64,000 nucleotides of DNA from an uncultured delta proteobacterium. Its GTDB lineage: Bacteria; Myxococcota; Myxococcia; Myxococcales; 40CM-4-68-19. Made by a program: the position numbers and the translations under genes. The stretch lies in NCBI GenBank assembly GCA_903911145.1, contig CAIWCD010000005.1:1-64000 (forward strand), written 5' to 3'. The notes under the pieces are model-generated. The model worked only from the letters and a program-made list of their open reading frames with translations. It was not told the DNA's origin and ran no database searches. Shown piece after piece: positions 47,178 to 54,728 of this stretch (positions within the stretch are counted from its first letter, which is position 1; every line of letters begins with the position of its first letter).

Positions 47178-48494
47178 ATGAAGATACGCGTTGGATTGGC
47201 CGTCTTGGTTGGTGTGGTGCTGACGATTCTCGGAATGCGGCTCGCGGGCGTCTACGCCGCGTCCGTCCTTTCGCTCTCTGCGTTCCTCACGGTCTTCGGC
47301 GTGATGGCCGCGGTGCTGGTCATCTCTCCAGGCGGCGCGCGCGATGCCCGCTCGCTCCTCGCGCTCGCCCGCGCTGGAATCCTCGGAGGTGGCGTCGTCG
47401 GGAGCCTGATCGGGCTTGCCGGCTTCACTCCGGGATTCTTCGATCCGAAACATCTCGGGGATGGCGTTGCGTTCGCGGTTGTGTCGGTCTTCTACGCCGC
47501 GGCCGCGCAGGCTCTCCTGCTGCTGCCGATCGAGGCTGTGCTCGTTGCCCGCGATGACGCCGAAGGCGAACCGACACAGACCGTCCGTCGCGTGCTCCTC
47601 TCGATGGTGTCGCTGATTGTCGGACCCGGTGTCGCTGTCTACATCGTCGCTTCACACTGGGCACCGATCCCGATCGTCACTGCGCCGCTCGCTCTGGCAG
47701 GGCCGATCGCACTCGTGATCGCGGTGTCGCCGAGTCGCGTTGGCCCACGCTTTGGCGCGCTGCTGCGAGACTCGTTTCTCGCGAGCGGGCTGCTTGGATT
47801 CGTCGTGGCGCTCATCAACATGATGGAGCACGTCGTCCGAGATCCCTCCGTCTCCGTCGGAGGGATCTCGGGCGCGACGATCACGCTCGCGATCGGCGCC
47901 GTGGGTGCGCTTCTCGCGTCGGCGTTCAGTCCCGCAGGTGCCGCGAGCGTCGACGACGAGGTGCGCCCGAGCTTTGTCGTGTTCGTTGCCTACTTCGCCG
48001 CGATCGTCTTCGCAATCGGCGTGGGCGTCGCTTCCCTCTCGACGCGACCCAACCCGAACGCAGGCGCGGCTGTCGACGCCGCGTCGCCCACGGCGTCATC
48101 GAGCGCGACCGCAAGCGCATCGTCGAGTGAGCCCGCCGCACCCTCGGCGACGCGCAGCGCACCGCCCTCGAACTCCGCGGCATCTTCGATCGAAGCCAGG
48201 TCAGTCGCCGTCTTCGACATCGTCGCCAAGCTGGCCGATGCCGAGGCGGCGCATTACGTCAGGATCTCATTCTTCGTCGTGTTTGACAGCGAGGCGCACG
48301 CGGCGGCGCTGCGTCCGCGCCAGAGCGAGCTGCGCGATCTCTCGCTGCGCTACCTCTCAGACGTCAAGCTGGCCGACATGCTCGGTGAGGAGAACATGAA
48401 GAAGCGGGAGGCAGAGCTGCTGACGCGCATCAAACAGGTGAGCGGCGGCGAGAGCGCGCAGCGGATTCTCCTGCAAGGCTGGGTGACGCAGTGA
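47178..48494 (+). CDS. Multi-pass membrane protein with MotA/ExbB-like TM modules and C-terminal FliL-like domain (paralog 2)
   Basis: AGGA RBS; SAFLTVFG, GVVGSLIGL...DPKHLGDGVAFAVVSVFYA...LLLPIE; Ser/Ala/Pro linker; FliL-like C-terminus LADAEAAHYVRISF...ELRDLSLRYLS...ILLQGWVTQ. Confidence 0.72.
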   Translation: MKIRVGLAVLVGVVLTILGMRLAGVYAASVLSLSAFLTVFGVMAAVLVISPGGARDARSLLALARAGILGGGVVGSLIGLAGFTPGFFDPKHLGDGVAFAVVSVFYAAAAQALLLLPIEAVLVARDDAEGEPTQTVRRVLLSMVSLIVGPGVAVYIVASHWAPIPIVTAPLALAGPIALVIAVSPSRVGPRFGALLRDSFLASGLLGFVVALINMMEHVVRDPSVSVGGISGATITLAIGAVGALLASAFSPAGAASVDDEVRPSFVVFVAYFAAIVFAIGVGVASLSTRPNPNAGAAVDAASPTASSSATASASSSEPAAPSATRSAPPSNSAASSIEARSVAVFDIVAKLADAEAAHYVRISFFVVFDSEAHAAALRPRQSELRDLSLRYLSDVKLADMLGEENMKKREAELLTRIKQVSGGESAQRILLQGWVTQ

Positions 48495-48525
48495 AGGTGC
48501 CGAGAAGATCCTCTACTGGGACTTC

Positions 48526-48558
48526 GTGACGTAGTTACACCGCGTGTAACAGTGTCAC
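48526..48558. terminator. Inverted repeat between convergent genes (possible bidirectional terminator)
   Basis: GTGAC-gta-GTTACAC-cgc-GTGTAAC-agt-GTCAC. Confidence 0.5.
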
Positions 48559-49412
48559 TTCGCGAGCGGCGAGAGGTTCCAGCGCTCGCCGGTCAGCGCT
48601 TCCGACGCGCTCCAGAGCTGTTCGCGCAGTTCCACGGAGCGCGCCGCGGCTGCAGGCGTCGCCTCGCGCGAGCGATCGAAGTAGCGCCCCGAGATGTTCG
48701 CGACCTCGGGCGCGCTGGCGAGAAATACCGAAGTCTGCGCGCCCTGCGACAGCGAGTCCGGCCCGTCGCTCATTCCGAACCCTTGCTTGAGCAGCTTCGT
48801 CCCGACGACGCCCGGATGCAGGCTGTTCGCGGTCAGCACGCTCGTCGGAAAGCGCGCCGCGAGCCCGTTCGCGAAGAGGACATTGCAGAGCTTGGCCTGC
48901 GCGTAGGAACCAATTCCCGAGTAGCCGCGCTCGAGCTGCAGATTGTTGAAATCGAGCTTCCCGCGCAGATGGACCTGTGAGCTGACCATCACGATGCGTG
49001 CGGGCGCTGCGGCCTCGAGCGACGGCAGCAGCAGATGCGCGAGGAGAAACGGCGCGAGGTGGCTCACCGCGAGCGTCAACTCGAAGCCCTCGCTGGTGAC
49101 GGCGCGCTCCTGCGCGTAGACGCCGGCGTTGTGGAGAAACACGTCGAGCCGAGGCGCGCGCGTAAGCAGACTGGGCGCGGCCGCGCGGATCGCGGCGAGG
49201 CTTGAGAGATCGCACGACCATCCGTCGATGCGCGTCTCTTGCGCCGCGCGTTCATCGCGCTTCGAGAGTTCCGCGATTGCACTCGCGACACGCGCGTCGC
49301 TGCGTCCGTGGACGATGACGCGAAAGCCGCGCGCGAGAAGCTCGAGCGCGGTCTGCTTGCCGATCCCGTCGGTCGATCCGGTGACGAGTGCAACGCGCGT
49401 GGTCTTGCTCAT
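48555..49412 (-). CDS. Short-chain dehydrogenase/reductase (retinol dehydrogenase-like)
   Basis: VTGSTDGIG, HNAG, MVSS, YAQAK, LHPGVV.T. Confidence 0.92.
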   Translation of the reverse strand: MSKTTRVALVTGSTDGIGKQTALELLARGFRVIVHGRSDARVASAIAELSKRDERAAQETRIDGWSCDLSSLAAIRAAAPSLLTRAPRLDVFLHNAGVYAQERAVTSEGFELTLAVSHLAPFLLAHLLLPSLEAAAPARIVMVSSQVHLRGKLDFNNLQLERGYSGIGSYAQAKLCNVLFANGLAARFPTSVLTANSLHPGVVGTKLLKQGFGMSDGPDSLSQGAQTSVFLASAPEVANISGRYFDRSREATPAAAARSVELREQLWSASEALTGERWNLSPLAK

Positions 49413-49452
49413 CGGTCTCTCTTCTTGCTCAGTGGATGGTTGCGTTCGGCAA

Positions 49453-52233
49453 CTATTTCGAAGTCAGCTTCTTCTGCTCCGCGTGGAGAAAGAGCAGGGC
49501 GTCGAGCGGACTCGTCCGCGAGAGATCGAGCGCGCCCAGTGCGGTCGCGAGCGATCGGGCAGCTTCGTCGTGCGGCGACGTCGACGTGCTCGCAGCGAGG
49601 CCGGGCGCGATCTTGTCCGTCCCGGAATCGGGGCTTGCCGGTGGAGCCTCTGGCCTGCTCTGCGCGAAGAGTCCGAGCTGCGGGCGGCTCTGCGCGCGGG
49701 CCGGATGCGAATGGGCAAGCGCGGCGCGGCCCGATTCATCGAGCTCCTGCGACTCGAGGTTCGCGAGGATCTCTCGGGCCCGCGCGATCACCTTTTCCGG
49801 CAGCCCCGCGAGCTTCGCAACGTGGATGCCGTAACTGCGCGAGGCCGCGCCAGGCACGACTTTGCGCAGGAAGACGACCTCGCCCGCGACCTCGGTGACG
49901 GCCATCGTGAGGTTGACCGCGTGCGTCCGCTCGGCCGCGAGATCGCAGAGCTCGTGATAGTGCGTCGCGAAGAGAGTGCGGGCCCGCACCACGTCGTGCA
50001 GATGCTCCGCCACGGCCCACGCGATCGCGAGCCCATCGAACGTGCTGGTGCCGCGGCCAACCTCGTCGAGGATGAGCAGGGAGTTCGTCGTCGCCTGCGC
50101 GAGGATGCGCGCGCACTCGGCCATCTCGACCATGAACGTGCTCTGGCCGCGCGCGAGATCGTCTGCTGCGCCCACGCGCGTAAAGAGCTTGTCGACGATC
50201 CCGATCCGCGCAGACGTCGCCGGCACGAACGCACCCGACTGCGCCAGCAGCACAATCAGCGCGACCTGCCGCATCGCCGTGCTCTTGCCCGCCATGTTCG
50301 GGCCCGTCAGCACGAGGAGTCGGCGCGCACCGTCGAGCGCGAGATCATTGGGCACGAACGGCCCCTCTCCCGCCTGCTGCAGCGCCTTCTCGACCACCGG
50401 ATGACGCCCGCCGCGGATGTCTATGAATGACCCATCGTCGACGCTGGGCCGCACCCAGCCTGACTCTGCGGCGATGCGCGCGAACGAGAGCAGCACGTCT
50501 CCCTCCGCGGCTGCCGCTGCTGCTGCACGAAGTTCCGCGCTCACGGCGAGCACTGCACTCGTCAACTCGAGGAAGATCTCCGCCTCCAACGCGGCCCGGC
50601 GATCCTCTGCGGAGAGTACCTTGCTCTCGTGCTCGGCCAGCGCGGGGGTGATGAACCGCTCTGCGTTCACGGTCGATGAGCGACGCTGGTAGTCGCTCGG
50701 GACGAGATGGAGATTGGCTTTGGTGATCTCGAGATAGAAGCCCGAGACGCGGTTGAAGCGCACTTTCAGCGACTGGATTCCGCTGCGCGCTTTCTCTGCC
50801 GCCTCGAGCGCGGCGATCGAGGCGCGGCCGCCCTGTGCGAGATCGACCAGTTCGTCGAGTGCAGCGCGAAATCCGGGCCGCACGAATCCCGGCTCGCGCG
50901 CAGGAGGAACCTCATCGGCGAGCGCGCTCTCGAGCAGCGAAGATAGCTTTGCAAGCGGACCCGGGTTGCCGTCGCGATCGACGGGCGCGAGCGGCGTCGC
51001 GAGTGCGCAAAGACGTTCGGAGTGACTCTTCGCGAACAGCTGCGCGAGGCCCGGCAACTCGCGCAGCGACGCGCGCAGACCCGCAAGTTCGCGCGGCGTG
51101 CCCTGCCGGATCGCGAGACGCCCGAGCAGCCGCTCGATGTCGAGGATCGCGCGCAGATGGGTCGCGATCTCCTCGCGCAGCACCGCCGCGCCGAACAACT
51201 CCTCGACCGCATCGTGCCTCGCTGCGATCGCCCGCACGTCGACGAGCGGAGCCGCGAGCCAGCGCGAGAGAAGTCGGCCACCCGCGGCCGTGTGCGTGCG
51301 GTCGACCAGCGCGGCGAGCGTGCCCGTGCGGCGCCCATCGGGGCCGTGGAACAGCTCGAGGTTCTTCACCGCTGCCGGATCGATCCAGAGCGCGTGCGAG
51401 GGCTGCTCGACCTGCACGCGCACGACGTGCTGCGCAGCACTTCGCTGCGTTTCCTGGAGGTAGAGCAGCGCCTCTGCGCAGGCCTGCACGGCCACGGGCT
51501 CTCGCTGCAGTCCGAGTCCATCCAGCGTGCCGAGTCCGAGATGCTTCTTGAGCAGCAATTCGGCTCCCGCGAGATCGCGAAACGCACGCGGCTCGACCCG
51601 CAGTGCGCCGCTTGCACGCTTGAGTTGTGCTGCCTGGGGCGTGCCCTGCAGTTCCTCGGGAATGAGCAGTTCGCGCGGACGCACGCGCGACAACTCATCG
51701 ACCAGCGACTCCCACGAGGAGAGCGGATGCGCGCGCAACTCGCCTGTCGAAGCATCGAGCAGCGCCAGCGCACCGCGCGGCCCGTCCTGCCGCTTCTCCT
51801 GGGCGCGACCGGCGCTCTCCTCCAGCGCAATCGTCGCGAGCAGGAGCGGTTCGCGGCCGTCAAGCGCATCGTCATCGAGCAGCGTCCCGGGCGTGACCAG
51901 CCGGACGATCTCGCGCTTGACCAGCGACTTCCCCGGCCCCGGCGCCTCCATCTGATCGCAGATCGCCACCTTGTGTCCGGCCGCCACCAGCCGGGCGATG
52001 TATCCGCGCGCCGCATGAAACGGCACGCCTGCCATCGGCACGCGGTCCTCGCCCTTGCTGCGCGCCGTCAGGGTGATGCCGAGCAGCGCCGAGGCGATCT
52101 TCGCGTCTTCGAAGAACAGTTCGTAGAAATCGCCGAGACGAAAGAGGAGCAGGGCGTCTTTCGCCTGCGATTTGGCCTCCGCGTATTGGCGGAGCATCGG
52201 CGTGAGTGGCGCTGGAGGAATCGGCTCGGACAC
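49453..52233 (-). CDS. mutS: DNA mismatch repair protein MutS
   Basis: TPMLRQY, GDFYELF, TGPNMAGKST, STFMVEM, DEVGRGTST, ATHYHEL, SYGIHVAKLAG. Confidence 0.98.
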   Translation of the reverse strand: MSEPIPPAPLTPMLRQYAEAKSQAKDALLLFRLGDFYELFFEDAKIASALLGITLTARSKGEDRVPMAGVPFHAARGYIARLVAAGHKVAICDQMEAPGPGKSLVKREIVRLVTPGTLLDDDALDGREPLLLATIALEESAGRAQEKRQDGPRGALALLDASTGELRAHPLSSWESLVDELSRVRPRELLIPEELQGTPQAAQLKRASGALRVEPRAFRDLAGAELLLKKHLGLGTLDGLGLQREPVAVQACAEALLYLQETQRSAAQHVVRVQVEQPSHALWIDPAAVKNLELFHGPDGRRTGTLAALVDRTHTAAGGRLLSRWLAAPLVDVRAIAARHDAVEELFGAAVLREEIATHLRAILDIERLLGRLAIRQGTPRELAGLRASLRELPGLAQLFAKSHSERLCALATPLAPVDRDGNPGPLAKLSSLLESALADEVPPAREPGFVRPGFRAALDELVDLAQGGRASIAALEAAEKARSGIQSLKVRFNRVSGFYLEITKANLHLVPSDYQRRSSTVNAERFITPALAEHESKVLSAEDRRAALEAEIFLELTSAVLAVSAELRAAAAAAAEGDVLLSFARIAAESGWVRPSVDDGSFIDIRGGRHPVVEKALQQAGEGPFVPNDLALDGARRLLVLTGPNMAGKSTAMRQVALIVLLAQSGAFVPATSARIGIVDKLFTRVGAADDLARGQSTFMVEMAECARILAQATTNSLLILDEVGRGTSTFDGLAIAWAVAEHLHDVVRARTLFATHYHELCDLAAERTHAVNLTMAVTEVAGEVVFLRKVVPGAASRSYGIHVAKLAGLPEKVIARAREILANLESQELDESGRAALAHSHPARAQSRPQLGLFAQSRPEAPPASPDSGTDKIAPGLAASTSTSPHDEAARSLATALGALDLSRTSPLDALLFLHAEQKKLTSK

Positions 52234-52326
52234 GGCCGCTCTCTAGCACGACAGAACGGCCGTGTCGGACCCCCTCGGTAACGTTCCTCGGGTCGGCGAA
52301 TCGGTGCGCCGCAAGCGAGGTCTTCG

Positions 52327-52596
52327 ATGGGTGAATCAATCAAGTTGTGGCGCTGCTCCTCCTGCAACCGGCTCCTGCGGGAGCTTCCGATCAGCTACGC
52401 GATGCAGCGTCATGCCGAGATGGTCGCGGCCGAGGCCGGTGCCGCCGCCGACTTCGTGCGCGAGGCGACGTGGCACGCCTATCTCGCATCGCTGCGTCGG
52501 TGCCGCTGCGGAAGCCGGAAGCAGTTCAGCCCCGTCGCCAGGTCGGCGCTGCGAGGCCAACTCGATCTTGGCATCGACGCGGTTGTTCTCCAGTGA
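52327..52596 (+). CDS. Small hypothetical Cys-motif protein (CxxC...CxC)
   Basis: 89-aa ORF filling the mutS-amidase gap; WRCSSCN and RCRCG. Confidence 0.5.
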   Translation: MGESIKLWRCSSCNRLLRELPISYAMQRHAEMVAAEAGAAADFVREATWHAYLASLRRCRCGSRKQFSPVARSALRGQLDLGIDAVVLQ

Positions 52597-52751
52597 TCGC
52601 CGCGCTGCTTGCGGTTGCAGTTCTCGGCCTGCTCGGGAGCGCCTGGTCGTCGCGGCGCAAGCAACGCCGGCGCTGGCGCCAGGTCGAGCATCTGGAGCGC
52701 AGCCTGTTCGCTGCGGCGGGCGTCAAGCGGAGGTGGCGGACGAGAAGTTGA
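52593..52751 (+). CDS. Small single-TM basic protein (52 aa)
   Basis: GTGA overlap with the previous stop; hydrophobic IAALLAVAVLGLLG followed by an Arg-rich tail. Confidence 0.4.
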   Translation: MIAALLAVAVLGLLGSAWSSRRKQRRRWRQVEHLERSLFAAAGVKRRWRTRS

Positions 52752-52781
52752 CGTAAGGCCAGTGCGTGCAAACGTGCCCGC

Positions 52782-54698
52782 GTGCGCACCGTCCTCTCGA
52801 TCACATCTGCTCTGATCTCCGCAACCGTCCTCTGTGCGCTCTGCGGCACCCCTGCTGTCGCGGCGGAAGGCCGCTCAGTTGCGCCGTCGGCGATCGCGCG
52901 TCGCGAGCGGGAACACCCCTCCTCGCTGGCCGGACCAATCGCGCTGGCGCAGGCCTCGCTGCAGAAGCTCTCGAAGGACAAGCGGCGCCGCAAGTATCGC
53001 GATGGCTGGGACGCGATCGCGCACGATCTCGGGAGCGCGATCCATCGCTCGCCGAATGACGCCCGCGTTGATGAGGCGCGGCTTCTGCTCGCGCACGTCC
53101 GCGAGGAACTCTGGCTCGTCTCTCGCACGCCGTCGGATGCTCACGCTGCTGTGGCCGCCTACGCATCTCTCGATGAGATTCATCCGGGCAGCGTGGCCGG
53201 CCGCACCGCGCTCATCTCGGCCGTCCACCTCGCGCACCGCGCGCACCTTACCCACGAACTCGCTGCATCGGAAAAGCGACTGGCTCACTATCCCCGCTCC
53301 GCGGAACTGAACGAAGCGCTCGCGCTGGCTCCTGGCGCGGTCGAGCCGACGCCGAGCCATCACGACCTGGCTCCCGCGGGACACGGACTCGATGCCCGCG
53401 CGGCGACCCCGGCTGATCGCACGGCGATGCGCCCGGCCGACTCAGAGGACGACGACGCGACCGCTCCCGCGTCCGTGAAGAGTGCTCCCGTGACCGCGCC
53501 TCCTGCGGTCAAGCCTTCGTTGCGCGCAGAGCGGCTTGGCCTAGGCGCACCCGCATCCCCCTCGCGCGAGCCGAACTCGGATGTGCCCGCGGGTGCTGCG
53601 GCAGTTCTCGATCAACTGGTGCAGGCGGCGCGCGGACATGGCGCGGCTGACCTGCTCGGTGAGACTGGCCCGTCGACAGAGAAGCCGCTCGCGGGCGCCA
53701 CTGGCGCGGTCGCGGCGACGCTGGACGCAGGCACCGAGAATGCTTTGAGTGCCAATCATTTGAACGCAAACGATCTCGGCAACGCTCCGAAGGCAGCTCC
53801 TCCTGCCGCTGCCGAAGAGGGTGATGACAGCGACGTCGCTCCCGAGCCGGAAGAGGCCGACGATGAAGCGGCCCCGCGCCACACCAGCGCCTCGGCGCCC
53901 CGCGCGTTTGACACCTTGCCGTCCGACGCGGATTCCGAGAAGCGGGCACGAGATCTGCGCAAGTCCGCTCTGGGCGCGGCCTCCAGCTCGCTCGCGGCAC
54001 AGCTCGGTCTGAAAGTTCACACCGTCGTCGTCGATGCGGGCCACGGTGGGCACGACGCCGGCGCGATTGGCCCGCACGGTCTGCGCGAGAAGGACGTGAC
54101 GCTGAACATCGCGCGCAAGCTTGCCGACAAGCTGCGTGCGGCCGGGCTCACCGTCGTGCTCACGCGCGACAGCGACGATTACGTCGCGCTCTCGGAGCGC
54201 ACGCGCATCGCCAATGAAGCGAACGCCGATCTCTTCGTCTCGGTTCACTGCAACGCCGCGCGCCGCCGCAAGCTGGAAGGCGTCGAGACCTGGACGCTGA
54301 ACACGACTGCCGATCGCTACGCGCAGCGTCTGGCTGCGTTCGAGAATGCCGAGGCCGATGCGACGGTCTCCACCCTGCGCATGATCCTCGCGGATCTGGC
54401 GACGAAGGCGAACGCCAGTGACGCGCGCGAACTCGCGGAGACGGTGCAGTCGTCGATGGTGAAGAACCTGCGCTCGTCGGTCGGCAAGGTGAAGGACAAC
54501 GGCGTCAAGCAGGCGCTCTTCTACGTTCTGCTCGGAACGCACATGCCGTCGATCCTCGTCGAGACGGCGTTCCTCTCCAATCCTGTCGAGGAGAAGCGGC
54601 TCAAGACGCCCCGGTACCAGGACGGCGCGGCCGATGCGATCGCGCGCGGCGTGCAGCAGTTCATCAGCGCCAGGCGCGAGCTGGCGCGCGCTCCGTGA
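52782..54698 (+). CDS. N-acetylmuramoyl-L-alanine amidase (Amidase_3, AmiC-like)
   Basis: VVVDAGHGGHD.GA, EKD, SVHCNA, PSILVETAFLSN; signal peptide; helical N-domain and long low-complexity linker. Confidence 0.9.
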   Translation: MRTVLSITSALISATVLCALCGTPAVAAEGRSVAPSAIARREREHPSSLAGPIALAQASLQKLSKDKRRRKYRDGWDAIAHDLGSAIHRSPNDARVDEARLLLAHVREELWLVSRTPSDAHAAVAAYASLDEIHPGSVAGRTALISAVHLAHRAHLTHELAASEKRLAHYPRSAELNEALALAPGAVEPTPSHHDLAPAGHGLDARAATPADRTAMRPADSEDDDATAPASVKSAPVTAPPAVKPSLRAERLGLGAPASPSREPNSDVPAGAAAVLDQLVQAARGHGAADLLGETGPSTEKPLAGATGAVAATLDAGTENALSANHLNANDLGNAPKAAPPAAAEEGDDSDVAPEPEEADDEAAPRHTSASAPRAFDTLPSDADSEKRARDLRKSALGAASSSLAAQLGLKVHTVVVDAGHGGHDAGAIGPHGLREKDVTLNIARKLADKLRAAGLTVVLTRDSDDYVALSERTRIANEANADLFVSVHCNAARRRKLEGVETWTLNTTADRYAQRLAAFENAEADATVSTLRMILADLATKANASDARELAETVQSSMVKNLRSSVGKVKDNGVKQALFYVLLGTHMPSILVETAFLSNPVEEKRLKTPRYQDGAADAIARGVQQFISARRELARAP

Positions 54699-54728
54699 TC
54701 CTCGCGCTCTCTCGAGTAGATTGAGCGG

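Noticed and set aside
45726..48494. Zorya-like (ZorA/ZorB) defence system or a flagellar operon
   Set aside because: No MotB/OmpA-domain gene, no long ZorA tail, no nuclease or helicase effectors, and no other flagellar genes in the window.
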